This document shows, piece by piece, positions 11,961-25,200 of a stretch of 64,000 nucleotides of DNA. Origin of the DNA: Klebsormidium nitens (taxonomy: Eukaryota > Plantae > Klebsormidiophyceae); assembly GCA_000708835.1 (NCBI GenBank), contig DF237049.1, positions 62,001 to 126,000 on the forward strand, written 5' to 3'. The first letter of the stretch is position 1, and each line of letters opens with the position of its first letter. The translations under genes were made by a program, and so were the position numbers. A model generated the notes under the pieces. It was not told the DNA's origin. It made no database searches and saw only the letters and a program-made list of their open reading frames with translations.

Positions 11961-14900
11961 ATGGCAGCAGAAGGTCTCGTCCCCGACGCTCCTGGCGGAT
12001 TGGGGTTCCACTCAGCTGAAGAAGCAGCTGCGAAGCTGGATGCAAACAACAGGAAACGTTTGGGGGATGCCAGCACGGAGGGAGATGCAGAAAGGCGAGT
12101 GAGGCCTAGACTGGAGCTGCCCCCGGAATCTGCGCAAATTGAGCAGGCAGGAGGGCAGGAAGATGCAGATGCAGAAGGAGGACCCGAGGACGAGCTGGAC
12201 AAGCGGCTGAGGGCCCTGGTGGAAGTCGCTGCTCAGCGGAAAGGCGACGTAAGTGCATGGTCCCTCCTCTCTCTATGCGTGCCCAATTCAGCCACTTTGT
12301 CTTGCTGTTCTGATAGAGACAGCATGTTCTGATTTAAATTCTGCCACCTTGAGCTCAGATTACCGCTCTGTCATTTGCAGAGCCCCCTTCCCAAGCCCCC
12401 CCACAGCTTGTTCCAAGCATCTGTTCCTATTCCCTTCGGGACAGCAGCCCCCCCCGCCTCAGCATCTCTGAATCTACCCACTCAAGAAGCGCTTGGAAGG
12501 GGCAGAGTTGGGGAGCTTCCATCGGGACTTTCTGTCAGTGGGGCCTCAGGAGAGGCAATTCTGACTGGCGGTTTCTTGGCGGGCGCCCCTGATGGACTGC
12601 ACAGTTATGCGGCTGCCAGGCAGCCCCTGCCGTCAGAAGATCGCCTATTATCACAGCCACCGGACCATCCCCAGTCAGCTCAACACCCATCGCAGGCGCT
12701 TACACCTGCGGAGCCCCTCGGCCCTGACGAGGACGTTCCGATCTCTCAGCTCCAGGGGCGCCCAGAGCGGTTGCGAGCGGGGGAAGGTGGGGGGAACAGT
12801 ATGCAGATCAAAGAGAGCGCCGAGCATGACACGAATAGGGGCACTGAGGACCATGGGTTTGGGCATGAGCATGGGTTCACTCAGCACGAGTACGCGGGCT
12901 ATGGGGAGCACCCTCAGTACGAGCCTCACCAGCAGTATGCGGCTACTGCGGAGGCGCAACAGTTAGCGGAGCATGCGGGTGAGGCGTTGAATTGCATAGA
13001 AATCTGTGCTGGACCATAGCTGCCCCCAGGGCAATCCACCCTTGACGGGCTGCAGCCAAAGGATGAAACTCACTAGACCTTGAATTTAGCATCTAGACTG
13101 TGTTGTTCGAAAATCGTATAGGAAAGACCCACCCTTCCAGGACTTGTTTTCATTCTTACCAACACACTTGAAGATTCAAAGCCCCAACTTTGGAGTCTGG
13201 CACTAGTACACTAGGCGTTGAGCAAAGTGAGTTAGGAGGGGGGAGGTCAAGCTCCATCAGATATGATAGACTCCTACTAGATTCATCTCAAGTAAACAGA
13301 TTCTGAGGTTTCAGAGATTCCACGTAATCCAGAACCCAAGGCAGGAAGCGTACAAGCGAAGGGAGTGATGCTAATGTAAAACCTCGATGTTTCACCACCC
13401 TAGCCACTTGGTACACTTGGCCCACTCCTTACTCAGGTCCCGACTTGCCTTAACCCGGTCCCTTTCTGCGCCCCTGTGAATCGAGTCACTGCCCCCCCTC
13501 TCGTCAATCTGGACATTCTATAAATCCAGGCCCGATATCCAGTCCCTGGCCGATGTTTCAGGTTTTGGCGGGGGCCACATGGAGCAGGAGGAGGACGAGG
13601 GCGCGCTGGCTGCGTTGGACCTGGTGGAGGTAGGTTTCCCGCGCAGCAGCGTGGAGGAGCTGCAGACGCTACCGCAGCACGACCTCATCACGCGCGTGCT
13701 CGACCTCGAGGAGCGCATCTCCGCCGTCGTGCGCGAGAAGCAGCTCGAGGCCGCCGCGCGCCAGGAGGCCGAGGACAACGCCGCACGATATGCAGGTGGG
13801 CTGCAGGCTGTTCCTCGTTGCGTTGGTGGTCTTTGGAAGCTAGTGATGTACCTGGGGGTCGAGGTGTAGATTTGATAGCTGCTCGCTCTGCCTGTAGCGT
13901 TCTAGTGGGCGCGGAAGCATAGGATGCGACTTCACCTGTGGAAATAAGAGTATTCAATTGCTCGATCTGTGTGTTAAACCAATTTACAAGGCGCTCTGGA
14001 TGACGTTTGGGACGGGAGTCGGAGTCGGTATTCGGGGGAACAGGTGAGTAGAGTACCGCTTTGGAGTGGGTTGCTGAGGGTGGTCACCCTTCACATTATC
14101 GTTCAATATGTACTCGTTCTCCAAGAATGGTTCTCGGCATTCTTTTGAAGACCTAAAAGACATAGAAGGCCTTCTAATATTTGAAGGTCTGCCGTTCTTC
14201 GAATGGCCCAACCAGGTTCGTTCGACAAATTTGAGCTGTGACTTCCCAGGGTCAAGGGTCCAGTCACTTGTGAAGAGGCCAGTTTCATCCATATTTGTGG
14301 TTTTATCACGAGCAGCGAAGATTTTTCATGAAAACAGACCTCTCATCTCTAAAGCCCTTGTCCCTACGTTTTGCAGAGGAGAGCCGACACCTGCGTCATG
14401 TGGTGCGCGAGAAGAACGGCTACAAGAAGGGCGTACTCCAGGAGATTGCCGCTTTGGAGAATCCGCTCGGCATCCCCCAGCTGGCGGGCCGCTTCACCAT
14501 CACGCGAGAGGGATCCCCCGGGGGCGGCCTGCGCCTGGAGAAGGGCAACAAGGGCAGGTCTCTCTCCCCCGTGAAGGAGAAGTGGAAGGCCGAGTGGAAG
14601 AAGGCCGCGTCTCGGAGCCACTACGTACCGTCGGCAAGCCTGCTAGCGGGGGCGGAGTTTGGGAACCCGTATGCGGGGTTGGAGGAGCTGAGGAACCCGG
14701 CCAACGTAAAGGGCGCTCGAAGCAGGAAGGTGGGGCCGTCGCAGGCCACACCCGCGAGCAGGCTGCTGGCGATCCTGGGGGCGCAAGGTGAGGGGCCCGT
14801 TGCTTCTTTGTGCGACACACGCCCCATGCCTCGAGTATTATGGGCGGAGAAAAAGCTTGATTGTCTCTTTCGTCGGCCTACTTTGATAAATAGTCTCACA

Positions 14901-16135
14901 GAGCCACGTGTTCGGACCGGCTGTTCTCTGTCACCACGTGATACGAGCAAGTGTTGTCACAGCAGCCTGTATTGCCGCTGATTGGTTGCAGGTTCCGTTT
15001 CATTTTTCGGGGCCAGTTAATCTGGTGATATCCACTATCCCCGTTCCGCTGTTGAAACAAAAAGAAATGGCCTTTGCGAGGATGTAAACGAACAGCAATA
15101 TTACTGAGGTCGAAGAACCTCAAGTCTCGGCCTACGAGCCATGTAAAAACCACCGGCAAAGTCTCAAGTTGTCGCAGGCCATGCTTTCTTTTTCTTGTTT
15201 CTTCAACCGGTCTTTTGGGTCGAGACGTCATTCTCGGAAAATGCACTCCTCTCCGAGTCGGTCGATAATCCTTAAGTTCTATCTCCTTTGAAACAGACGA
15301 CGATGACGACGACGAGGATGGAGACAATACGTATGTGGCCCCCATACCCCCACCGCCGCGACTGATCGGGCCAGTGGGCCCCGCTCCAACGCGCGCCCCG
15401 CGCGCAGAATCGACGGTGGGCCTGGAGGACCTGAGCGAGTTTCTGCGCACGTGCTGCCAGGCGAAGCAGACGGGCCACATGACGCTGCACCGCGTGCTCT
15501 GGTACACCTACCTCGCGTGGCGCCAAAAGATCGCCTCGCCGCGCCCCTCCGTCTCCAGCGGCGGCGTCGGCCTCAGCCAGTGCATGCAGAAGCTGGGGCA
15601 CCGGGAACGGCTGTTCACGCGCGAGATCCAGGTGGGCGGGCAACGTCGGGCAGTTCTGACGGTCCGACTTGCGCGAAGAGGTCGTGATTGTGCGTTTTTC
15701 GTTTTGCACTGCCGTCTGCTTGTTTCTTGGCCCAACTGCCCCGTGCAAAGCTACGTGACTCGGAAGAGTTTAAGTCGTCTTCTGTTCTCAAACTCGGCGC
15801 ATAAAACTAAACGCCGCAAGACAGGGGAATCTTTGTGTGTTGTCAAGTCCCAACAGTAGACTGAGTCTAACAGCCACTGAAAGCGACCCGCCGTTGTGCA
15901 GGCCAAGAAGGCTGGGTGTAAGGGCTACGAGGGCGGCGGCAAGTACTGGATGGGCCTGGTGGTGCTGGACAAGGCGCTGGTGAAGACGGGCCGCCAGTGG
16001 CTCGCCGAGGCCAAGCGCAGCGGCGGCAGCAACCGGGTCACCTTCTCCCGAGATGCTGCAATCAAGGTCCAGGCCAGCAAGGACGAGCCGGCCGACGAAC
16101 AAGGCGCCCAGGGAGAAGCTGCGGCAGAAGCGTAG
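11961..16135 (+). CDS. Hypothetical nuclear protein with coiled-coil and C-terminal RFX/D5-like winged-helix domain
   Basis: GC-rich exons at ~11961-12249, ~12380-12980, ~13560-13796, 14377-14767, ~15295-15631 and 15902-16135; the later junctions were checked and are in phase. Coiled coil: DLITRVLDLEERISAVVREKQLE. C-terminal motif: SEFLRTCC...LWYTYLAW...LSQCMQKLG...KYWMGL. Confidence 0.7.
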
Positions 16136-17492
16136 GCTGACGCGCTGCAAGTTGGTGGCGAAAAGTGGGCGGATGCGGTGGGCTCTGTTATCGTGGAAGG
16201 GGACGATATGTATTTGTAGCGTATGGAAAAGCTGATTTGACAGCTGTTGAGTGGGATGGCGAAAGACTAGTCGCGGCTTTGCCAGGCACCATGCGCCGCT
16301 GTCTCCCTGACAAAGTCGAGCAGCTTCTGGCAATAACGTTCCGTGTTGTAAGTTAGCTCTATGATTCAGGGAAGCTGATTTGTTTGGCCGGGACTTGCGA
16401 GGTATGTTGACCGTTGCCTGGAAGCTTTAGAGTTGCTTCGTGGTTGGAGTTGTTGAGGCTGTTCGCGTTTGACACAAGGAACATTTCATCTTTCAGGATC
16501 ATGTCACTGCGCTGGTTATCAAGGTTCCTAAGTAGACATATACAGTCATGGCGTCCCTTTGCTTGATCCTGGTCCCGTACAAACAGCGGGGCGGTACCAG
16601 GTTCAGTTCTGGGTTTTAACTAAGCATCGCCGAAAAAATATCTCGCTTTGGATATGTTCTCTTTTCACACGTAGCAGCCACATGGGCCATAGACTTCCAT
16701 GGCATACATGGGAATCAATGCATGTTCAAGTTTTGAACGTCTCCGCGTTCTAATATGAAGCTCCATCATGCACAAGTAGGACGTCACTGCCGCCGGCTAA
16801 GCCTGGGCTTAGATCAATAGTAATTGCGTAAGCTGATGTGTTTTTGCAACTTTCCAAGGATCGACTGCTCATGCCAATTGTGCGGTGTCCACTCAAGTGT
16901 TGCAAGTCCGCACATATATGCCAGAGCACCTATATGGATACTGGTACGTGCATGATGACGCTTCGTACTGCGCCGCGATTGATCAAAACAGAGCTAGGCA
17001 ATGATGCAATCACAGTTAAGTGCAGCATTCTTTGAATGACTGCACATCATTGCCATGACGGCCAAATACATGTGCGCACATGCTTGGATGGTATTAGCTG
17101 CGGCGGCTGGTTGTTAGGTTTCGAGGTTGCATGATTTGTCATTGGCAATATCATGTAGCCTAGCTAGGTAGCCTTAATCAACATATAGCAATGGGCTTTA
17201 TGTACCACTTGATGGTTTGATCATATTGTTGAGACCTCAATCATCGTACGTTGTAAGTCAGTATGGTTACATACCTTTTATAACCACACGTACCGCGCCA
17301 GATCTTGCAACTGGGCACACGGCATTGCATGGCTCAAGCTACTGGATAGATGCTTACTGGCCCGATGTGCCTAAAGATCTCATTCATGCTGCAACCTTAA
17401 ATCTGAAAACTGATCTTGCTTTCCTGAATCAGACCGTTTGTTAACAGGACTAAGTGGCGACAGCCAGTAGCATTCATTCACGAAGCCTTCTA

Positions 17493-18263
17493 TTAACTTT
17501 TCCGAGCTTTCTTCGCTCGTGTACTTCCGTCCTCGTTTGACTCAACAAAGCACATGAAAACATAACCAAGTATCCAGAGAAACACGTATCGAAGAGGTGA
17601 GTATGGCAGACAACCTAACAAAGTCATGATGGAACCACAGTATTGTGGATCCCTCACCGTCCCAAACGGGAATGCTGTAACCCACGGTATTTGTTTGCCA
17701 AAGCGGACGCCATAGTAGACGCCATCTTCTCCAAGAAGTTGGTAAACCCTGCAACCGAACCAAGGTGAGAACTCTTGGAACCCTTAAGGCAGATAAATCA
17801 AGAAGCAATTCTCGTTCCCTCGCTCCCAAACAGGACAATCGGGTGACAAACAGGCCGAAGCATGCACAACGATTGGGATGTTCTCAAAAAAGCATGCAAG
17901 CTGGTGCAATCTATGTTGAATGGTGGAGCTCTGGACGCTTTATACAAGTCTTGCCCTATGCTTGATCATTTTTGCACGCGCCCAGGCGGTCAGAGTACAG
18001 AGCAAGTGTACTCACCTTAAGTTCAGATATTGTCCCGCGACAACCAGAAGGACAGACCACCAAGGTGGCCAGCTAAAACTGGATACAGACAACAGCGCAC
18101 AGATTTGCGCAGCTTTCAGGACTGCCGAAATTTGAGCCATTCGGTGGGAGGGGTCAACATCTGGTCCGCAGGCGTCCACAAAGACCTGGGGCCACCGCCA
18201 GAGATACCAATAGAAGGGAAAGGGAGAGACAACAGCCAGGCAGAGGAGTATGTCAGCCACCAT
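17493..18263 (-). CDS. PLMT: Phosphatidyl-N-methylethanolamine N-methyltransferase (phospholipid N-methyltransferase)
   Basis: Two exons, 18263-18016 and 17748-17493: ...SPFPFYWYLWRWPQ...DPSHRMAQISAVLKAAQ...SWPPWW...GQYLNLR|VYQLLGEDGVYYGVRFGKQIPWVTAFPFGTVRDPQYCGSI...ESNEDGSTRAK. This closely follows plant PLMT. Confidence 0.93.
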
Positions 18264-18913
18264 TTTTGCCCAAGATGAACCTGCTTCTTGTTCTCAGGAT
18301 CAGGTTGTCTACATAGGTACATCTCTATGAATCAGTTGGTGAGTTGGCAGATTCCCTAATTAGATTTTGGGCCCTACATAGTGGTAGGTAGCTTTGGAAT
18401 GCGTCCTGACACCTTTCCTATGCACGTCCCCAGCTCGACTTTTTAAGATCACAATTCTCGCCCATGTTCAAGACACCAGTCCTTGCCAGATCAGCAGCAC
18501 TCTGACATCAGCAATGAATTTGCGCGGCAGATTGGCAAGTTAGAAAATATTAAAGAACTTGCGACGACGTTTTAGCCCTTGGGGCCAATAGCAACAGCCT
18601 CTTTCTACCCACGATCTCACAACAATCGAGTGTCCTTGGCGCCTCCTTTTAACCCGATGTCACTGTCAGAACACGGCTCCTTGTTCCGGTTGGAGAAAAG
18701 TGGTGGAGGAAGGTTAATTTACTACCGACATAGGTACGTACCACCCAGTTGGCGTTGACCTTCACAAGTTCACAGTCAATATTCCTAAATTTCTCAATGA
18801 CAGTACTTCTGAAAACACCGTAGAGTGAATATTTTCTAAGAAACTATGTGTCAACTTGTCAGGGTCCCGAAAACAGTCTCGGCATGGATTATCCAAATTT
18901 TACAGGTCGGAGT

Positions 18914-18945
18914 CGGTCCCTACTCCGAGCACGGAGTAGGGACCG
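18914..18945. repeat. Perfect 14-bp-stem hairpin in the PLMT/endonuclease divergent intergenic region
   Basis: CGGTCCCTACTCCG-AGCA-CGGAGTAGGGACCG; the stem extends imperfectly with GGAGT/ACTCC. Confidence 0.8.
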
Positions 18946-19291
18946 GCAACTCCCTCTGCCTCCAATGCCGAAGCGACGAAGGGGCTTGGGCCTTGGCAAT
19001 GGTAGCGGTGGCTTGGTGGTTGAAGGGTGGATGGGGTTGCGGTCCGCGGAGCGCCTAAAGTTTTTGGTCAGGTAGGATTCTTGGTTGAGGTGCTTTGGGG
19101 CTTCGGAATCTTTGGTAACAGATGTTGACATCAAGCTGCATCGAGCTGCGCCCTTTCCAAGCATTGGACTGCTGTAGAAGACCCAATGCCACTAGTACTG
19201 GCACTACTACGCACTAGTATATACCTGTCTGTGTAGTATCTTCTCTCCTGGTGTGCAGCGTCACCAGTGCTTGCAGCTTGAGCGGGTTATA

Positions 19292-22200
19292 ATGCACCAA
19301 ACTGGATGCTTTCTGATGGCGCCTGCAGGCCAGATGCTGTCCCATCACTGTGCAGCTGCCTCGGCATTGGACACTTGGAATGTGCAACTAACCAGACGGG
19401 TGCACGTAGTGGCGCAGCGGCTTTGCCTAGCTCGCCAGCCTTCCAAAGCAACTGCCTACAATCACCGCAGTAGGAGCCTTCGAGGCAGTCAGCTCCCAGC
19501 ATGCTTCTTTACCGCAACAGGCAAAGAGTGTCATCACACAAACAGTTGCATTGCAAGAAAGACAAGGCCCACCTGGACGGGACACTCCTATGGAAGAAGA
19601 CACCAACTCCCAATTGTTTGCGGCCCAATCGGTGCGGAAAACAGGAAGAATGCTTCGCAAGCTGCGGAGCCAGAGTAAGTACACAATGGACATGTAACTA
19701 GGTTGAGGGCTACTGCAATACTTTCTGTGCCCTCTTTGAAGAGGAAGGGGGCACTCGGATAATGCAGATCAATTTCACCTTGTCCCCTTCTGAAAAGGGA
19801 ACCCCCTTCCTCAATTTCGCATTACTGTGTCCAGCCAGGTTGATTCCTGTTTGGGTTTCTTAAAGTGGTGCATTGTACGAAGGTATAGCGAGTCAGTTCA
19901 CTCTCCAAGCAGTTGTTGAACAGATGCAACTCCTAACAACAGATAATCTGGTGCTTCTATGCAGTCAGGATGTGCTGGAGGGAGTTCCTCATGAGGTGTT
20001 GGACGCACATCAGTCAAGACGTACAGTCCTGACAACTGTGTTGGCAACAGTCCTGGCCCTTCAAGCTCTACCATCTGGCGCTCAGGGCCTGCCCTGCGAG
20101 AGCGTGTCCTCTTATTATGCACCACTTGCTGGTCTTAAAGGACAAGCTTTAAAGACAAAGCTGCACGATATTGTGGCAAAAGATGCACGGTCCTTTTCAT
20201 ACGCCCAGGTAAAACGCTGTTCCTCCATTGCAAGGTCTGTTTCTCATGATGCACAATGTATGACGTCATGGGGAGGCTGTGAAATTTGGCAGAGTTGAAG
20301 AATAAGATAGAGATACATGAAACGAGGAAGATGAGGTCACCTCCTTAGGTCAATCTCCTCAGGATGACTTATGAAATGAAATTACCGTACAACATCTGCT
20401 ATCCCCCTCCTGTCACGATGCAGCTATGACCGACCTGGCCTCCCGCATATGTTTCTGAAAAGGAGGTCTCAGCAGACATCTGTCCGCCTGGAAAGTGGAC
20501 TTAGTCAAATTGACAATTGGAAGAATTGAGCCAGACTTCCATATGATCAAACTCTACATGGCAACAGATGGATTGCAGAGGACGAATTCTGCCCAATACA
20601 CGAGGTTGCTAGATGCGGGCAAAACCTCAAAGCCTACTCAAGCTTCTGCTTGTCTCACCCTGTCTCGTCTTGTCTTACCTGCAGGTATGGGACGCACTCT
20701 ATATCCTTGATGCAGCGGATACGGCTAATCCTACAGCTTCCCCGGATGTGTGAGTACCATCTACTGTTGTACCCTTGGAAGAGATGGCACCTTGAGTGTC
20801 CCAACTTCCTCTCTTATTCTCCATCTCCAGCGTCTCTTGATTGAGCCTAAAGTCAGACTGAGGTTCTTGCTGAAACAGCTCTGAAGGGACTCAGTTGCCC
20901 GAAGGGCCTGCTTTGCTGCAACCTGCTCCTGAGGGTTGGAAGAGTCAGAGCAGTACCTTAAGCACAAACACACTGTCCTTTCCTTCATATGAGGATGCGA
21001 TGTTACAAAACTTCGAACCCTGTCCTTCTTTCTGTATCATTCTCTGTTAGTCACCTCCCTCATCGTTGCCCATTCCCGCACCCACTCCTAAGTATGGCAA
21101 AGACTTTGTGCAGCATTGACATCTACAGCAAGAGGACATTTCCAAAATTGGCAAAAGGCCTTCCGACGGGATGGAACAGTGAGTAGTATCACCACTGGTC
21201 TCGGCAGTGCGCAAAGATAAGGCGTTTTGACAAAACCAAGGTCAAGTGACCACTTGATGTCCTTTGTCCTTAGATACATCAAGACGAATGGTGCAGTCTG
21301 TCCGGCTGTCCTGACTGGTGCCAGCTGAACATCCAATGAATGGCCTCTGTCTTCGATTCTTTCATCTCCGAGCTTGAATGTCCAAAAAGACAACCTTGCT
21401 GGGTATCTTCTTTCTCAAAGCGACTCTCTATTCAACATTATCTGGATGCCCTCATTTACATCCTAAACGACCATGGAGCCCTTTCCTGAAAAGGCTCAGC
21501 TGCCACATATATCCGGAACCTCTGTCAGGCCGGCAAACAGCCGTTGACTAGCTTCAGCCTGGCTTCTTCTCGCACTAAAATAACGTTTCTACACCTCTGA
21601 TGCTCAGGGGAACACTTATGGCCTCGCTCGTATGGCCTGCCGGATGGAACGCCCCAGTTCACCGACCTCCACAACCTACGGCCCGCAGACACCAACGGTA
21701 AGGGCCAGCCATTGCAGAGGAAATCGAAACCGTTTTGCAGGCGAGTAACACATTTCCCATTATAAGATGCTGCACAGCGGCTCAGAGTGCTACTAGCGTC
21801 TTCAATTGGAGTTGCCAGTCGTCAGAGTACTTTTCTTTGAGTCCGTTCGTAGATGATCACGTCCAAATATTCACAAATTGAGACGCTAGCCTGCATTCGT
21901 TTGCCTCCTCGCAACGTTTCTCGTTTCGGGACAAGGCAAAGTGTTCTTTTGCATATCTTTGCCCGTTTATCGATTGTCAGAGGGCGATCCTTCAAAGACC
22001 AGATACCGATTTTCGACAACATCGTCTCATTCGAAACGAGCTGCTTTCCCTTTGTGCGTCTCTTGATCTTTATCTTGTCGGACAGCGTTTCCCTCATTTC
22101 CAACACGAACGGCAAATTGCTTACTCTTCGACTTTCGGTCGATAGCTTCTTCTTAAGCCTCAGAAAAGTTCGAGGCAACTGAACGAGTGAACGGCGCGTT

Positions 22201-25200
22201 CTTAACCTCTCTTTCTTGTGAGGATTTCAACCTTTCTCCAATTAGACGCAGCAACCCATTGCCGACCTCTGGTTATGCGTACGCTCCCCCTGACAGCCTC
22301 TTCGTCTGTACCGCGCAGTCAACTCTTCCCGTGGCAACAAGGCCTTTGGCGAATGTAGCCGCGAGACGGACGCCACCTGCTTGATTCCGGCCAACAGGGA
22401 AGCCGGAAGCGACACTGCCGCTAACCGGGAGATCTGGACTCCTCCCGGAGAGGTGCGCTGTTTCGACGGTTCCTCGTCCTCTTTTGTTTGCAGTCGTTCG
22501 TCTCGATTGTGTGCAAATGTGGAAGCCGCCGTAGCTGAGGGAACCGAATCTGGTCTGAGCCCCTCGCTACCGCTGGAAAGGATCTTTCACCGACACTTTG
22601 ACACAAGGTTTCGCGCTTCCGGGTGAACCCGAATTTCAATCGGTCTGCCACCTCTATAAGGAATGTGTAGCAGCTAGTGCCTTTTCAAGTGCTTAAAAAG
22701 GAAAGTCGTTGTTGAGGCTTCGCTTCACTTTGACATTACTGTCAAAGAAACGATTTGAAATCAAATTCTCTTCGAAGAAGCTGGCCGCTTGAATCTATCC
22801 CTGAGGCTTCAAAAGTCTCCGCAACGCATTCGCCTCTTTTCCATTTGCTGAAGCATCCGTCCTCTGCGTACTTCTGTTTGGCCGGTCCGCTCGACCAAGT
22901 ATCCGTTGCAACTTATACCAAGGACCAGAAGATTTACGGAACAGGTAGCTAACAACTGCACGATTGTCAGGTTCGCGGCGACATTGCCCGCGCTCTTTTC
23001 TACATGGCCGTGCGATACGAGGGCGAGACTCCCGGGTCTAAGGACCTGGAGCTGTCAGACGAGCCGAGCATAGGTTGGGGCCCCATCTGACCACCGTCGT
23101 CTATTTGTGTGGACCAAGTCTGCTTACAGTTGCTTCTCGCAGAATGCTTGCTCATAGAAGACCTCGAAGTCACATCAATCTACTAGTTACTGTACAGCTC
23201 TGGCGTTCAAATGCATCTTATGAGCGCCTCCAAAATCTGGACTCCGCAAAGCTAGCAAGATTCCAAGTCTGGAAGGCTCTGGAAAGTTCCAAGCTTTGCC
23301 ACCTGAGCCCAACTTGCTTGTCGCTATTGGAATGCTGCAGTTTGCCCGTTTTTTGAATTAAACTTCATTGCAGAGCGGGGTCAAATGGGCCGCTTGTCGA
23401 CACTTCTGAAGTGGCACGCCGCCGATCCGCCGTCGGCGTCCGAACGCCTTCGGAACGACCGTGTGTGCACCATGTACCAAAAGAATCGGAACCCGTTTGT
23501 GGATCGGCCGGAGCTCGTTGCCGCGATCTGGGGAACGGGTCCGCCGCCAACTAACGGAGGCAGCTCAGGTGGGTCCCGTGGTCCTTCGCCTGGATCTGGA
23601 CCTCTTTGTTCTACCTAAAGCGCATCTTCCTTCTCTTGCTCATATTTCCCCTGACAGCATCGCTGGCCCCATTTCACGTCCTCAGACCTGGAGCCTTTCA
23701 GAATGCAATTATCTGGGCTAGCACACTCCGCAGGGTCCTGCTCTTGCACTCCGTCATGTATCACGCTTTAGTAAGGACTGGGCTACTTGGATCGGCTCAC
23801 GCCTTGCGGTACCAGGTTTTCCTTACCCGGCTCTCTGCCTGTTCATTCTTCTGAAAGCCCTTCTCCTTCCAAGGACAATCTGTTGATTCAAATGCACAAT
23901 GTGGCACACCTGCATTCGGATTTGACTGGCCGCAGGCTTTGTCAACTTTCTGCGCGTGTGTACTGATGGGCACGGCGTTTCTATCCAGAGCCGCGGCTTG
24001 AGCCCTCCAAACCGCAGACGCCTCCCAAGGTGCCGGCCAGTAACCAGCCCGGCGCTGTGTGGGTGAACGAGTTCCACTACAACAACACCGGCAGGGACGA
24101 GGGCGAGGTACGCTCGGCTCTGATCGCACATTCTCATCCCTGGCTGCGCAGACTCCTTTTCCCCTTTCCCCTGTGAAAGCTTGAAAAAGAAACCCAAGAT
24201 TAAGTTTCCCTTCCCAGCTCTGCGTAACGCACGTTAACCCATGCCAGCCGGTATTCGCTCTTTGAAGGCCCAGTTTCAAGGGCTCTCAGAGAGGTAGACA
24301 GGTCTCATGTGCTCTCTTCTTTTGCTCTGTGCTCGAGCGTGGTGACTGACCGAAAGTTGAACTCGTGTTTCTTCGTCCACGACGGTGCATAGCGGCAAAG
24401 CAACGACAGAAAGCTCCGAATTAACTCTGGATGACCAGCCGATATCTTGGAGCCCTGACTTTTTCAGCGCTGGTCAGACGCGGGCGTCACATGCCTTCTT
24501 GCCCGCCTCTTCGCATGACTCTTCCACCTATAGAGTACCCCCTTCAGAACAATTTCCACCATCTATCTCCGCAGTTCATCGAGATTCTCGTTGGAGCGAA
24601 CGTTGACCCGCGAGACGTGGTGGTCTACTTGTACAACGGGGCTGACCGCGGCGTGTATCGGACGTTGGCAGTTGGGGACGGCTCACTCTTCGAAAAGGGA
24701 GAGGTGACGTCAGGTAGGCTGTGCCGCCTTAAAAATTTTGTAAGCGCGTCTCATGCCGCAGGTATTAAGGCAAGCTTTCTTCGAACGTATATGTGCGCAG
24801 CCGGGTGGTTACCACAAAGGTAGTCATGCCATAACGTGCGGAGTTGGGGCTGCGAACGCGCACCGACCATGTGTAGAGCCAGGCTGAGAACAGTCTTCGG
24901 TCTCGAATGCTTCGCATCCTATCCCTGAAGGGCTCTCTTAACAAGAGATTCACCGAAATATCTGCAAACACCAATCGAAAGGAGAGCCCCGCTTTTGGTC
25001 TGCAGGCGGCGCGACGTTGTACGTGTGCCAGCTGCCGCCGAACGGTCTGCAGAATGGGCCAGCGGACGGGATCGCCGTCACCGTGGGGGGCAGGTACGGC
25101 TTCGCCAGATTCTGGCGCTTCGTGTCTGGGGCCTTTCAAGTCTGTCGTCATTTTCCGGGGTGGCTGGTAACGTCACCCGGCTTCGCAACTCCTCCTGAAA

